64,000 nucleotides of DNA from positions 140 to 64,139 of the forward strand of contig JASMKO010000019.1 in the NCBI GenBank assembly GCA_030749225.1. The letters run 5' to 3'. Below, piece by piece: positions 1-10,374 of the stretch. The notes below the pieces were generated by a model. That model was not told the DNA's origin. It did no database searches and was given only the letters and a program-made list of their open reading frames with translations. Made by a program: the position numbers and the translations under genes. Each line of letters starts with the position of its first letter. Position 1 is the first letter of the stretch. This stretch comes from Verrucomicrobiota bacterium (GTDB lineage: Bacteria; Verrucomicrobiota; Verrucomicrobiia; Limisphaerales; UBA1096).

Positions 1-486
1 AAGACGCTCGACTGGACCGCCGAGCAACTGGCCAAGCGCACCGGCCAAGCTAAGCCGGACCTGCCGGTGCAACACCGCACGACCGCCGCCTCCGTACTCT
101 GGCTGCTCAAGGGCGATGCCGGCCAACGCGCGCTCGCCGCGTGGCACATGGGCTGGACACCGGCGCACCAAGCCAGCGGCAGCAATTGGCAGCCGCCGCT
201 GCTTGCCGAGTTGCTCAACGATCCCTACTCTGCCGTCCGCTACGTGGCACACAAGGCCTTGGTTCGCCAGCCGGGGTACGGTGGATTCGAATACGACTTC
301 GTCGCCGCCGAACCCAAGCGTTTGGCCAAGCGGGAGGCCGCCCTGGCAAAGTGGAAGCCACCGACCGCCGACACACCAGAAAACCCTGCCGCCGTGCTGC
401 TGGGCACCAACGGCCAGCTGCTGACCAACCGCGTGCAACGACTTATCGAGACCCGCGACAACCGCCCCATGCGCCTGCGGGAGTGA
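1..486 (+). CDS. hypothetical protein, C-terminal part (ORF open to the window edge)
   Basis: Frame +1 is open from nt 1 (KTLDWTAEQLAKRTG...) to the TGA at 484-486. I recognise no family. DPYSAVRYVAHKAL is only vaguely HEAT-like. Confidence 0.45.
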   Translation, partial: KTLDWTAEQLAKRTGQAKPDLPVQHRTTAASVLWLLKGDAGQRALAAWHMGWTPAHQASGSNWQPPLLAELLNDPYSAVRYVAHKALVRQPGYGGFEYDFVAAEPKRLAKREAALAKWKPPTADTPENPAAVLLGTNGQLLTNRVQRLIETRDNRPMRLRE

Positions 487-569
487 GGGAGTTTTGGATA
501 GCGGCGACCGTGTCTTGATTGATGACTTGCCATTAACTGATTCCGTTTTCATACTGTAAGCCCGCTCCG

Positions 570-1268
570 ATGTTTTTGGCCATGCAGACAAAGGATCGGC
601 GTCGCGCATTTACGCTGATTGAGTTGCTGGTGGTGATCGCCATCATTGCGATTTTGGCCAGCCTGCTGCTGCCGGCGTTGGCTCGGGCCAAGGAGCAGGC
701 GCACCGCACCACCTGCAAGAACAACAGCCACCAATGGCTTCTCTCGTTGACGATGTACGCCGGCAACAACGATGAGGCTTTCCCGCCCGGCGGCTCGAGC
801 AACCCGTACTGGAACTCGGTTTGGTTTCGCGACACGATGACGAACCGGTACCACATCCGCCGTCCGATGTTCTACTGCCCCTCCAACCGGAGCTGGAACC
901 GGGACGATTTCTGGACCTGGCCGGGAGGGCGCGACTCGGTGATGGGCTACTTTTATTTCGCAGGCGAAACGCGCTACTCGAACAACCGGTCAATGTTCCA
1001 GGAGCCGGTGAGCACGCCGGTATTTGCGCTCAAGACCACGGATGACCCTCACTACAAGGTCATCTGGGCCGACTTGAACCGGAAATATAGGGACTCGTGG
1101 GGCAGACCCGGCGATCCGAATCCACTGATGCGAGGCGTCAACCATTACAACGACCGCGGCGATGAGCCGGATGGGGCCAACGAGGGATTTGTTGATGGTC
1201 ACGTGGAGTGGATCCGCGGGGCCACTTTTCGCAAAAAACCGAAAATGATGGGCAATCTCTATTTCTGA
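570..1268 (+). CDS. prepilin-type N-terminal cleavage/methylation domain protein (H-X9-DG / DUF1559-like)
   Basis: N-terminus [27 protein letters not shown] is the pseudopilin class III signal motif. The C-terminal FVDGHVEWI matches the H-X9-DG tail of the large PVC paralog family. An alternative ATG lies at 582. Confidence 0.85.
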   Translation: MFLAMQTKDRRRAFTLIELLVVIAIIAILASLLLPALARAKEQAHRTTCKNNSHQWLLSLTMYAGNNDEAFPPGGSSNPYWNSVWFRDTMTNRYHIRRPMFYCPSNRSWNRDDFWTWPGGRDSVMGYFYFAGETRYSNNRSMFQEPVSTPVFALKTTDDPHYKVIWADLNRKYRDSWGRPGDPNPLMRGVNHYNDRGDEPDGANEGFVDGHVEWIRGATFRKKPKMMGNLYF

Positions 1269-1539
1269 TCCAAAGCCGCTGTTTTGTCACAAAATAGTCA
1301 CAGTAAAAAAAAGTGCTTGCGGGACAGGAAAAGTGCAGCGATGCTATTCCGCGTCTCACACGGCGTGTGAATGTAAGCGCTGTGGTGGGTATCTACAGTT
1401 ATCTGACATTACATTCTCTGAACTATCCCCGGAGGGGTTGCAGATTTCTTCAATCTGGCCTCTCCGGTTTCATTTTTGAAGCAGTATATTTTTTGCGGGC
1501 CAAAAAAATCGAAGTCTCCTGACATAAATTGCGTATATT

Positions 1540-2583
1540 GTGGCGAATGTGAGTTTCTCCCCGATGATTTACCGAGAGAGTGCAAACTTGTGCATGTCGC
1601 TTGCCTTGGCTTGGACTGCCCCGTATTTGCTTGGGCAGTCCACGGTGAAGTTGGAGTCCTCCGTAGATGGCAACGCCTTCAAACTTTCCACCTGGAACCT
1701 GCCCAAAGGCGGTGTGGCGGTGATCTGGAAAGCGGCCGGAAGCTTGGCCAAGGGTGGCGATTGGTCGGCGGCACACGCGTTTCCCGCCGAAAAACAGGCG
1801 GAAGCGGTTCTCCCCATCCGGCCCGGCAACATTGGCGCGGCGTTCTACCGCTTGTCCTGGCAGGACATCGCCGTACCGCCAAACATGATCTGGATTCCGC
1901 CGGGTGAGTTCAAAATGGGAAGCCCGGAGGATGAAACAGGGCGGTATGCAGACGAAGGCCCAGTGCACGATGTGACCATCCCGCACGGTTTCTGGATGGA
2001 TCGACACGAAGTAACACAGGAGCAATTCGAAAAACTGATGCGATCCAACCCGAGTAGCACTTTCCACACAGCGAACCTGCCAGTGAACCGGATCACCTGG
2101 CAAGAGGCCAACGACTATTGTGAGCGACTGACAAAAGCTGAACAACACAGTGGCACTTTGCCGCTTGGCTTTGTGTACCGGCTGCCAACCGAGGCAGAGT
2201 GGGAATACGCCTGCCGCGCCGGAACCGAGACGGCGTATAGTTACGGCGATTACACCGAGGATCTCAGTCAGCATGGCTGGTGGGCCGGAAATAGCGACGG
2301 CCTCCCGGATCCAGTCGGTAAACTGACCCCCAACCCATGGGGACTGTACGACATTCACGGCAACCTGTTCGAGTGGTGTCTCGACACGTATAAACCTTAC
2401 CCGGGAGGACGGGAGCTAACCTCGAATATACTTCTCAAGGTACTGCGCGGTGGCGCGTATTACTGCCCGGACTTCATTCTACGCTCCGCCTGCCGGGCTG
2501 AGCCGCAGAAACCCGATTACCGATGGATCCTGGCCGGCTTCCGCGTCGTGCTGGCACCCCCGGCTGGCCAAGCGGAAGATTGA
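1540..2583 (+). CDS. formylglycine-generating enzyme (SUMF1/FGE-sulfatase) domain protein, secreted
   Basis: MIWIPPGEFKMGSP, HDVTIPHGFWMDRHEVTQEQF, RLPTEAEWEYACRAG, NPWGLYDIHGNLFEWC and LRGGAY are the canonical FGE-sulfatase domain blocks. The N-terminus is hydrophobic and signal-like. The start is uncertain (GTG 1540, ATG 1564 or ATG 1594). Confidence 0.85.
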   Translation: MANVSFSPMIYRESANLCMSLALAWTAPYLLGQSTVKLESSVDGNAFKLSTWNLPKGGVAVIWKAAGSLAKGGDWSAAHAFPAEKQAEAVLPIRPGNIGAAFYRLSWQDIAVPPNMIWIPPGEFKMGSPEDETGRYADEGPVHDVTIPHGFWMDRHEVTQEQFEKLMRSNPSSTFHTANLPVNRITWQEANDYCERLTKAEQHSGTLPLGFVYRLPTEAEWEYACRAGTETAYSYGDYTEDLSQHGWWAGNSDGLPDPVGKLTPNPWGLYDIHGNLFEWCLDTYKPYPGGRELTSNILLKVLRGGAYYCPDFILRSACRAEPQKPDYRWILAGFRVVLAPPAGQAED

Positions 2584-2600
2584 CCGGCCTGGTTGACGCC

Positions 2601-2624
2601 GCCTGCCCAAGCGCTTGGCCAGGC
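2601..2624. repeat. 24-bp near-perfect palindrome built from the window-wide GCTTGGCC/GGCCAAGC motif, just downstream of the FGE gene
   Basis: gcctgcccaagcgcttggccaggc is self-complementary except for one mismatched pair. There is no T-tract. Confidence 0.5.
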
Positions 2625-2751
2625 GAACCCTTCTGCCTTGGTAAAGAGAGTCTTGACTTCCGCCGTTGAAACCCAATCATCCGCGCCCAACAAGAGGCGA
2701 ACGATCTTTGCCAAGCCGAGAGGGGGAGACAGAATCGACAAGTAGCATATA

Positions 2752-3171
2752 ATGCAGCCTGAATTGCTTTCGAGCGTGAATGATGTACTGCCGCAAGCAG
2801 CCGCGGCCGCCGATCCGTATACAGTCTATCTTATGCTGGCAGTTATGGTGGTGCTCGCTGTTGCTTTCGCTTGCATCCCGCTCATCCTCTCCGCCTTCCT
2901 GGCCCCAAAAAAACCAGGTGAGATCAAGGAATCCACATTCGAGTGCGGGCTAGAATCCAAAGGTGACTCTTGGGTGCAGTTCAAGGTGCAGTACTACCTT
3001 TACGCGCTGGCATTTGTGATCTTCGACATAGAGGTGGTGTTCCTCTACCCTTGGGCGGTGGCCTTCACTGGCCTCTCCTTCGGAGCGTTTCTCGCCATGG
3101 GTATCTTCATTTTGCTTCTGGCCGAGAGCCTAATTTATCTCTGGATCAAAGGCGTGCTGACCTGGAAATGA
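2752..3171 (+). CDS. nuoA: NADH-quinone oxidoreductase subunit A
   Basis: [40 protein letters not shown] is the NuoA/ND3 signature. There are three hydrophobic segments. It is the first gene of the nuo cluster. Confidence 0.9.
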   Translation: MQPELLSSVNDVLPQAAAAADPYTVYLMLAVMVVLAVAFACIPLILSAFLAPKKPGEIKESTFECGLESKGDSWVQFKVQYYLYALAFVIFDIEVVFLYPWAVAFTGLSFGAFLAMGIFILLLAESLIYLWIKGVLTWK

Positions 3172-3836
3172 CAACCCCAAACACTTCCCCCAGCATTGAA
3201 CTCGACGATACCATCCGAGCGGAATTGGAACGCGCCGGCGTAATCGTGTCGAAGGTAGATTTTCTCTATAACTGGGCTCGCGGGGGTTCGGTATGGCCCT
3301 TGACCTTCGGCCTCGCCTGCTGCGCGATAGAGATGATCGCCTCGGCGACGTCACGATTTGATATTTCGCGATTTGGATCGGAGGTGTTTCGCCCCTCACC
3401 ACGCCAAGCGGATCTCATGATCGTCTCCGGAACAGTAACCAAGAAGATGGCCCCGCAGGTGGTGCGCATTTACAACCAGATGCCGGAGCCAAAATGGGTG
3501 ATCGCCATGGGAGCCTGCGCCATCTCTGGTGGCCCGTTCAAGCAGGGCTACAATGTGCTCAAGGGAATCGACCGTTACATCCCAGTGGATGTGTATTTAC
3601 CCGGTTGCCCTCCGCGACCGGAAGCCGTGTTGCAGTCGCTAAACTATTTGCAGGAGAAAATCCGAACGCAGAATATCAAGTCCGACCCGGCCTTCACCCT
3701 GGGACGCCGCCAATACCCTGTTCCGGAGTTCACCGGAACGGATCTCAAGCCCCCTTACAATCCAGACGTCTGGCAGCCGCCGGTTAACCCCAACGCACCC
3801 GCCGAGGAAGAGACGAAAGAAGAATCAACTGCATGA
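3168..3836 (+). CDS. nuoB: NADH-quinone oxidoreductase subunit B
   Basis: The ATG at 3168 overlaps the nuoA stop (ATGA). [22 protein letters not shown] and LPGCPPRPE are the NuoB/PSST N2 cluster motifs. The ORF-track extension back to 2970 overlaps nuoA and is rejected. Confidence 0.9.
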   Translation: MTTPNTSPSIELDDTIRAELERAGVIVSKVDFLYNWARGGSVWPLTFGLACCAIEMIASATSRFDISRFGSEVFRPSPRQADLMIVSGTVTKKMAPQVVRIYNQMPEPKWVIAMGACAISGGPFKQGYNVLKGIDRYIPVDVYLPGCPPRPEAVLQSLNYLQEKIRTQNIKSDPAFTLGRRQYPVPEFTGTDLKPPYNPDVWQPPVNPNAPAEEETKEESTA

Positions 3837-4408
3837 GTGAACCGGTAAGCCACGAGCCTGTTTTGCAACACTTCCCCGACGTGGAGTGGGACGATGCGTT
3901 TGGCACGTTGATCGTTCCGGTGGCGAAGGCCACCGAAGTGGCCACTTGGCTTAGGGACGATGAGGCGTTCCGCCTCGACTACTGCAGCAACGTCACCGGC
4001 ATCGACTACCTTGATCGCGAATTCAAGGAGAAGGTCAAGAACGAGGAAGGCAAAACCGAAACAGTCATTCATACCGATCCCGCTCGGATGGAGGTGGTGT
4101 ACCATCTTTACTCAATGGAAAATCGCACGGGTCCGCTCGTAATGCGGCAGCGCACTAATCGGGAAAAGCCAGAGGCGCAGTCCCTGACCGCCGTCTGGCG
4201 AAGCTGCGAACTGCAGGAGCGGGAGATTTTTGATTTGTACGGCATCCACTTCATAGGCCATCCGGATCAACGGCGTATCCTGATGTGGGATGAATTTGAG
4301 GGGCACCCGATGCGGAAGGATTACGTGGAACCGTTCGACTACGAATGGGAACCCACTCCTCACGATGAAATCCTGGAAAAACACCAAAAAGGAACGGTGA
4401 TTTTCTGA
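3833..4408 (+). CDS. nuoC: NADH-quinone oxidoreductase subunit C
   Basis: [43 protein letters not shown] is the 30-kDa subunit signature. The ATG overlaps the nuoB stop. Confidence 0.9.
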   Translation: MSEPVSHEPVLQHFPDVEWDDAFGTLIVPVAKATEVATWLRDDEAFRLDYCSNVTGIDYLDREFKEKVKNEEGKTETVIHTDPARMEVVYHLYSMENRTGPLVMRQRTNREKPEAQSLTAVWRSCELQEREIFDLYGIHFIGHPDQRRILMWDEFEGHPMRKDYVEPFDYEWEPTPHDEILEKHQKGTVIF

Positions 4409-4481
4409 TGTTTATCGTTCGAAACACAGAATCGCGTCGCTTGGCTAAGCGAGGATTTGAAACCTTGCCATCTGATTTGGA

Positions 4482-5630
4482 GTGACTGTCGCCGCACCAA
4501 ACTATGAACTTGTTCAACAGGATGGCCTGGAGACCAGCCTGCTGGAAGTCTCGATGGGACCGCATCACCCAAGTACGCACGGCGTGTTCCGAATGGACGT
4601 CAAACTGGACGGCGAAACCGTGGTAGATCTCAAGCCGGTATTTGGTTACCTGCATCGAAACCACGAAAAGCTTGCTGAGAACATGAGTTACCTCGCGAGC
4701 ATGCCGTTCACCGACCGGCTCGATTATTTCAATAGCATGACCAACAACTGGGCGTACGCACTCGCTGCGGAACAGTTGGTCGAGATTGAGATCCCAGAAC
4801 GAGCGGAATATCTACGTGTGATCATGTCGGAACTCACCCGACTGGTAAACCATGTCTCGCTCGTGGGCTTCTTTGTAAACGACCTCGGCGCACTTGGCAC
4901 CCCGTTGCTCTATGCCTTTCGTGAGCGCGAAAAAATCCTCGACCTGTTTGAGCAGGCGAGCGGCGCGCGGATGATGTGCAACTACTTCCGCTTCGGCGGA
5001 CTCCGCTGTGATGTACCCGACGGCTGGCTGGATCGCACCCGCGAAGTGGTCGATCGCTTCCCGAAATTCCTCGATGAATATGAAAAACTGCTCTGCGAAA
5101 ACGAGATCATCCTAAGCCGCACGCAGGGCGTTGGAAATCTTTCAAAAGAACTGGCCATCAGCGCCGGAATTACAGGCCCCATGCTGCGTGCCAGTGGAGT
5201 GAACTACGACATACGCAAGGTGGACAACTACGGCATCTACGAGCGGTTCAAGTTTCGTGTGCCCTACTCGGAAGGAGATGTCGGGGACTGCTACGACCGG
5301 TTCATGGTGCGGATGCTTGAGATGCGGGAAAGCATCGGGATTTTAAGGCAGGCACTGGACGGGATCGAGAATGGCCCGATAATGGGTAATGCCGGAAAGG
5401 TATTTAAGCCTCAGAAGTCGGAGGCCTACGGCCGAGTTGAGGCACCCAAGGGCGAACTTGGCTTTTATCTCGTGGCAGACGGCACAACCCAACCTTACCG
5501 GTATCGGGTGCGGCCGCCTTCATTCATTAACCTGACGGTGCTGCAGGACATGTGCATCGGCCAGCAGGTGGCGGATGCCGTGATCATCCTTGGCAGCATC
5601 GACATCGTTCTCGGCGAGGTGGACCGATGA
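4482..5630 (+). CDS. nuoD: NADH-quinone oxidoreductase subunit D
   Basis: [14 protein letters not shown], the YLHRNHEK-type block and the C-terminal [10 protein letters not shown]...[13 protein letters not shown] are 49-kDa subunit motifs. The GTG start is tentative. Confidence 0.9.
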   Translation: MTVAAPNYELVQQDGLETSLLEVSMGPHHPSTHGVFRMDVKLDGETVVDLKPVFGYLHRNHEKLAENMSYLASMPFTDRLDYFNSMTNNWAYALAAEQLVEIEIPERAEYLRVIMSELTRLVNHVSLVGFFVNDLGALGTPLLYAFREREKILDLFEQASGARMMCNYFRFGGLRCDVPDGWLDRTREVVDRFPKFLDEYEKLLCENEIILSRTQGVGNLSKELAISAGITGPMLRASGVNYDIRKVDNYGIYERFKFRVPYSEGDVGDCYDRFMVRMLEMRESIGILRQALDGIENGPIMGNAGKVFKPQKSEAYGRVEAPKGELGFYLVADGTTQPYRYRVRPPSFINLTVLQDMCIGQQVADAVIILGSIDIVLGEVDR

Positions 5631-6439
5631 GTGTGCTCGGCAGTGGCATTTTCAAGGGTATGGCGGTAACGCTGAAAAACTTCGTCGGCTCATATTTCGA
5701 CAAGGAACGTCTGACGACCAACGAGTACGCTTGGCAGGCCAATGACAAGTTGCCGGAACGCGCCGGTGACTACCCGAAGGAGGAAGCCGAACAACTTTCC
5801 GACACCACTACGGTCACCCAATACAGCCGCAATTTCCCCATGCTGCTACACGACGCGGGTGAGCCGATGGATACTGTCCGCTGCGTGGCCTGCCAGATTT
5901 GTGAGCGCGAATGCCCGCCACAGTGTATTTACATTGAGAAGAGCACGGAAAAAAAAGAACGGTCCGGGAACAAGGCCCAGTTTTATCCCGCCACGTTCGA
6001 TATCGACGTTTCGGTCTGCATGAGCTGCCAGATTTGCGTGGAGGTCTGCCCGTTTGATGCCATTGTGATGAACAGCCAGTTTGAGTTGAGCACACCGAGT
6101 CGTTTCGGTGAACTATTGCTCCGGCGCGACGACCTGCTCAAGAGCAACGACTACTATTACAAGATTCATCCCGAAGAAGCCTCAGCCCGGGACAAGCGTA
6201 TCGCCGACGAAAAAGCGGCCAAGGAAGCCAAAAAAAAAGCTGCAGAAGCTGCCAAGAAGAAGGCCGCAGAGGCGAAATCAAAGTCTGAAGCCGAAGCCAA
6301 GGCAAAAGAAGAGGCAGAAGCAGCGTCTAAGCCGACCGAACCATCCGACACTCCCCCAGCTGAATCCACAGCAACCCCATCGACTGAACCGCCTGCCACA
6401 CCGACCACTGAACCTGAAAAGGAGGGCAGTGCCGAGTGA
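5627..6439 (+). CDS. nuoI: NADH-quinone oxidoreductase subunit I with a long low-complexity C-terminal tail
   Basis: The ATG at 5627 overlaps the nuoD stop. Two 4Fe-4S ferredoxin motifs are present ([12 protein letters not shown] and [12 protein letters not shown]). The last ~80 aa are a K/A/E-rich then P/T/E-rich tail. Confidence 0.85.
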   Translation: MSVLGSGIFKGMAVTLKNFVGSYFDKERLTTNEYAWQANDKLPERAGDYPKEEAEQLSDTTTVTQYSRNFPMLLHDAGEPMDTVRCVACQICERECPPQCIYIEKSTEKKERSGNKAQFYPATFDIDVSVCMSCQICVEVCPFDAIVMNSQFELSTPSRFGELLLRRDDLLKSNDYYYKIHPEEASARDKRIADEKAAKEAKKKAAEAAKKKAAEAKSKSEAEAKAKEEAEAASKPTEPSDTPPAESTATPSTEPPATPTTEPEKEGSAE

Positions 6440-7605
6440 CCCTGGACCTGATCAAAGACATCCTGCTGGCCACGGTCCCATTGTTGATCATCTTCCCGAC
6501 GATGTTCGCTTTGACCACCTGGGTGGAACGCAAGGCACTGGCACGCATCCAAAACCGGATCGGCCCAAACAAGGTTGGCGTGCCTTTGACTCCCTACGGA
6601 GGCAAGCTGAGTTTATTCGGGCTTGGCCAACCGGCAGCTGACGGCATCAAAATGCTTTTCAAGGAGAACATCGTTCCCACCGGCGCAGATCGACTGTTCC
6701 ACTTCCTTGCCCCGATCCTTTCTTTGATCCCCTCAATGCTGGTGCTCTGCTTTTTGCCACTCGACTTTCCATGGCTTAACGGTGAACAAAATTCGGTTAA
6801 AGCATTCATGCTTGATGGTGCGGTGATCTTTTTCTTTGCCATCACAGGGCTCAACACCTTGGCCGTGTTCATGGCTGGCTGGGCCTCTCGAAACAAATAT
6901 TCACTGCTGGGCGGCATGCGTGCCATCGCCCAGATGGTGAGTTACGAAATCCCGCTTGTCCTCTCAGCAGTTGTCGTCGTAATGATCGTGGGCAGCCTGA
7001 ATGCTGACAATATAGCCAAGGCACAGGAAGGCTGGAACTGGTTCGTTTTCCAGCCATGGGGCCTTGCGGCGTTCGTGATTTTTTTTATCGGCGCGCTCGC
7101 GGAGACAAACCGCTCACCATTCGATCTCCCGGAAGCTGAAAGCGAGATCATCGCAGGCTATTTCACAGAATACAGCGGATTCAAGTTCGCCCTGTTTTTC
7201 CTCGGCGAATACATCGCCATGTTTGCGATCAGCGGCCTCGCCGTAACGCTATTTCTCGGGGCAGGTGCCGGCCCGGGTGTGGAGTCTTTGTCTTGGCTTA
7301 AGATCTTCTGGTTTTTGACAAAGGTCTGCATTCTGATCGGGGTAATGATCTGGCTGCGCGGCACCCTTCCCCGGCTTCGTGTCGATCAACTCATGGGCTT
7401 TGCCTGGAAGTTCCTGCTGCCTCTTTCCATCCTGAACATCTTCGTGGCCGGTTTCGCGTGGCACATAAAGGATGCCAATAAAGAAACAGCCACCAGTGTG
7501 GTCGTCTGGATCGCGTCAATCATCATCCTTTACGCAGCAGCCAAGGGGCTGGATCGCGTCAATCGAGCCAAGGTAAAGCCGAGAACGTATCAGTACGGCG
7601 AATGA
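6436..7605 (+). CDS. nuoH: NADH-quinone oxidoreductase subunit H
   Basis: VERKALARIQNRIGPNKVG and ETNRSPFDLPEAESEIIAGYFTEYSG are NuoH/ND1 signatures. The GTG start overlaps the nuoI stop. Confidence 0.9.
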   Translation: MTLDLIKDILLATVPLLIIFPTMFALTTWVERKALARIQNRIGPNKVGVPLTPYGGKLSLFGLGQPAADGIKMLFKENIVPTGADRLFHFLAPILSLIPSMLVLCFLPLDFPWLNGEQNSVKAFMLDGAVIFFFAITGLNTLAVFMAGWASRNKYSLLGGMRAIAQMVSYEIPLVLSAVVVVMIVGSLNADNIAKAQEGWNWFVFQPWGLAAFVIFFIGALAETNRSPFDLPEAESEIIAGYFTEYSGFKFALFFLGEYIAMFAISGLAVTLFLGAGAGPGVESLSWLKIFWFLTKVCILIGVMIWLRGTLPRLRVDQLMGFAWKFLLPLSILNIFVAGFAWHIKDANKETATSVVVWIASIIILYAAAKGLDRVNRAKVKPRTYQYGE

Positions 7606-8138
7606 ACGAAGTGACGGCATTTTGGATGTTGGCGGCGATCTCGGTGCTCGGCGCGCTGATTGCCGTACGCAAGCGCAACCTTGTCCATGGTGTCTTTGCC
7701 CTGCTCGTGTTCTTTGTCGGCTTGGCCGGACTGTTCCTTTTACTGCTCGCGGAGTTCATCGCCGTGGTCCAGATCCTTGTCTACGCCGGAGCAGTGGGCA
7801 TCCTGATTTTGTTTGCCATCATGCTGACCGATCGCGTCACGGGAAGGGACGCATTCCGGGTCACATCAAGGGGAAGTTTTTGGGGGGCACTGATTTCATT
7901 GGCCGTTTTTCTGGTGATCCTACTTCCAACCATTCAAGACATCCCCACGATTGAAAACCCGACACCCAAGGAAACGATCGTAGAAACATCAACTGTAAAG
8001 CAACTGGGCATCCACCTCATCAAGCCCTACATCATCACCATTGAAATCTTGGCATTGTTACTGACTGCCGCTCTGGTCGGTGCAGTAACGGCAGCCCAAG
8101 GCGGCCGTGCATCTGAAAATGAGGAAAACAACAAATGA
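7602..8138 (+). CDS. nuoJ: NADH-quinone oxidoreductase subunit J
   Basis: The call rests on position between nuoH and nuoK, a 178-aa polytopic membrane protein, and the ND6-like block AVVQILVYAGAVGILILFAIML. Confidence 0.8.
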   Translation: MNEVTAFWMLAAISVLGALIAVRKRNLVHGVFALLVFFVGLAGLFLLLLAEFIAVVQILVYAGAVGILILFAIMLTDRVTGRDAFRVTSRGSFWGALISLAVFLVILLPTIQDIPTIENPTPKETIVETSTVKQLGIHLIKPYIITIEILALLLTAALVGAVTAAQGGRASENEENNK

Positions 8139-8449
8139 CCCTTGCGCTCCACCATTGCTTGATCCTTGCAGCGGTCCTGTTTTGCATTGGGTTGCTTGGT
8201 GCTTTTTCACGGCGCAACGCCATCGTGGTTTTGTTCTCGGTCGAGATCATGCTCAATGCGGCCAATCTGAATTTCATCGCCTTCTGGCGTTACGGCACAA
8301 ACCCGGAGTTACTTCACGGCCCGCTATTTACCCTTTTCACTATTGCCGTAGCGGCGGCTGAGGTCGCGGTCGGGCTTGCTCTCGTCATTGCCGTTTACAG
8401 GCACTTTCGATCGGTTGACCTGGAATCACTCGACACACTTAAGGAGTAA
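8135..8449 (+). CDS. nuoK: NADH-quinone oxidoreductase subunit K
   Basis: The protein is 104 aa with 3 TM segments. SVEIMLNAANLNFIAF and AAAEVAVGLALV match NuoK/ND4L. Confidence 0.85.
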   Translation: MTLALHHCLILAAVLFCIGLLGAFSRRNAIVVLFSVEIMLNAANLNFIAFWRYGTNPELLHGPLFTLFTIAVAAAEVAVGLALVIAVYRHFRSVDLESLDTLKE

Positions 8450-10374
8450 TGACCACAACCACCCTCGCATTGATTCCGTTGCTGCCGCTCCTTGCGGCTG
8501 CTGTGACTTCATTGATGCGCGACGGCAAGCGTGCGTCAATTGTCGCTATCGCGGCACTGCTGGGTTCCTGCCTACTCTCCCTTATCGCTTTCAACGAAGC
8601 CTGGGCAATGGCTGCGAACGATGCCCCAAAATTGTTCAACGTCCCTTGGCTGGAACTCGGGAAAACAAAGATCAACTTCGGCTTTGTTCTCAATCCCCTG
8701 ACAGGAGCGATGGCCGCAATGGTTACGTTCGTCGGATCGCTCATTTTCATCTACTCGGCCGGCTACATGGCACAGGACAAACGGATGGCCCGTTTCTTCT
8801 GTTACCTGTCGCTGTTCGCCTCGGGGATGCTTGGAGTGGTATTGGCCAACAGCCTGATCCTTTTTTTCATGTGTTGGGAGATTGTCGGCGTAGCTTCCTA
8901 TCTACTCATCAGTTTTTGGAACCACAAACCAGAAGCCGCAGCGGCAGGCAAAAAGGCATTCATCGTCACACGTATTGGCGATATTGGTTTCCTGATCGGA
9001 ATTCTGTTGGCCTTCAAGGTCTCTGGTACGCTTGATTTTTACACGAAAGGCGGAACCGGGATTCTTGAACAGAATCTTACCTCTCACATGGCTTTTGGAT
9101 ATCAGGCCGCAACGGTGATCAGCTTTCTGTTATTCATAGGTGCCGTGGGCAAGTCAGGGCAGTTGCCGCTTCATGTCTGGCTGCCGGACGCAATGGAAGG
9201 CCCGACCCCTGTAAGCGCACTCATCCACGCCGCCACCATGGTTGCCGCCGGCGTCTTTTTGGTAGCCCGCACGTATCAGCTTTTCGATGACGGAGGAACA
9301 CTACCACTTGTCACATGGGTGGGCGCCATAACGGCACTGGTCGCGGCGTTCATCGCGCTTGGCCAATACGACCTCAAACGAATCCTCGCCTACTCCACCG
9401 TCAGCCAGCTTGGCCTAATGATGGTAGGCATTGGCGTCGCCGGCGTTTCGGTGGGCATGTTTCACCTGTTGACCCACGCCTTTTTCAAGGCGCTGCTTTT
9501 CCTTGGTGCCGGTTCGATAATCCATGGCTGCCACGAGGAACAGGACATTCGAAAAATGGGCGGCTTGGCCAAGCCAATGCCGTTCACCACAATCGCCTAT
9601 CTCTGTGGCACAGCAGCCTTAGTGGCGTTCCCATTTACGAGCGGATTTTTCAGTAAAGACGAAATCCTGATGGGAGCCTGGGCAAACGATCGCGGTGCCT
9701 TTTGGATTGCCACCCTCGCCTCACTGCTGACAGCGCTCTACATGACGCGCCAATGCATGTACGTGTTCCGCGGTACTCACCGTGGTGAACATGCCCCGCA
9801 CGAAAGCCCACCAATCATGACGGTGCCTCTGTTGATCCTATCGGTATTTGCGCTTGGCCTCGGCGCCTTGGTCAAAAACAGCCTGATGGAACATCTGCAC
9901 CCATTCAAAAACCCACCCACCGAACACGAGATGATCGTCATCGTCATTAGCGTCCTCGTCGCGCTTGGCGGAATCGTGCTTGGATTCATGATTTATCGTG
10001 GGCAGGTGCTTGGCCAAGCGGCAGACCCGCTGGCGCTCAAGCCCTTCGAGCGCAAGTTTTGGTTTGATGAGATTTACGAGGCCACTGTCGGCCAGCTTTG
10101 GACGCTGTTCATTATCATCAGTGAACAACTCAATGAACTTTTGGTTTTCATTCGCGATCTCGCCGTGGAACTTGCATCCCGTATTGGCAATGGCTTCTCC
10201 ATCGGAGGTGACCGAAAGTTAATCGACTCTCTAGCGTTCGATGGCATGTGCGCTCGCCTCCGCTGCGCAGGCCGAACCGTCACCCGGCCTCAAAATGGAT
10301 TTCTTCCCGGTTACCTCCGATTGATTGCTCTCGGCACGGTACTGCTTGGGGCACTGGTACTCTGGACTCGATGA
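8449..10374 (+). CDS. nuoL: NADH-quinone oxidoreductase subunit L (641 aa, extended lateral-helix region)
   Basis: GKSGQLPLHVWLPDAMEGPTPVSALIHAATMVAAGVFL and SQLGLMM are ND5/NuoL signatures. The C-terminal FDEIY...QNGFLPGY segment is unusually long (see findings). Confidence 0.9.
   Translation: MTTTTLALIPLLPLLAAAVTSLMRDGKRASIVAIAALLGSCLLSLIAFNEAWAMAANDAPKLFNVPWLELGKTKINFGFVLNPLTGAMAAMVTFVGSLIFIYSAGYMAQDKRMARFFCYLSLFASGMLGVVLANSLILFFMCWEIVGVASYLLISFWNHKPEAAAAGKKAFIVTRIGDIGFLIGILLAFKVSGTLDFYTKGGTGILEQNLTSHMAFGYQAATVISFLLFIGAVGKSGQLPLHVWLPDAMEGPTPVSALIHAATMVAAGVFLVARTYQLFDDGGTLPLVTWVGAITALVAAFIALGQYDLKRILAYSTVSQLGLMMVGIGVAGVSVGMFHLLTHAFFKALLFLGAGSIIHGCHEEQDIRKMGGLAKPMPFTTIAYLCGTAALVAFPFTSGFFSKDEILMGAWANDRGAFWIATLASLLTALYMTRQCMYVFRGTHRGEHAPHESPPIMTVPLLILSVFALGLGALVKNSLMEHLHPFKNPPTEHEMIVIVISVLVALGGIVLGFMIYRGQVLGQAADPLALKPFERKFWFDEIYEATVGQLWTLFIIISEQLNELLVFIRDLAVELASRIGNGFSIGGDRKLIDSLAFDGMCARLRCAGRTVTRPQNGFLPGYLRLIALGTVLLGALVLWTR

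Noticed and set aside
1540-2583. The FGE-sulfatase-fold protein as the variable target of a diversity-generating retroelement.
   Set aside because: There is no reverse transcriptase gene. I could find no template repeat matching the 3' end of the gene within the window. There is also no adenine-biased variable region in the C-terminal codons.
2652-2690. A sigma-70-like promoter for the nuo operon (TTGACT at 2652-2657).
   Set aside because: The best -10 candidate at the right spacing (ATCATC) is a poor match. PVC promoter consensus may differ from that of E. coli, so the evidence is too weak to annotate.
2970-3167. Upstream extensions of nuoB (2970), nuoI (5552), nuoM copy 1 (10248) and the P-loop gene (54568) suggested by the ORF track.
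   Set aside because: Each extension overlaps the preceding gene in another frame. In every case an ATG that overlaps the upstream stop codon (ATGA) yields a protein beginning where homologues begin.
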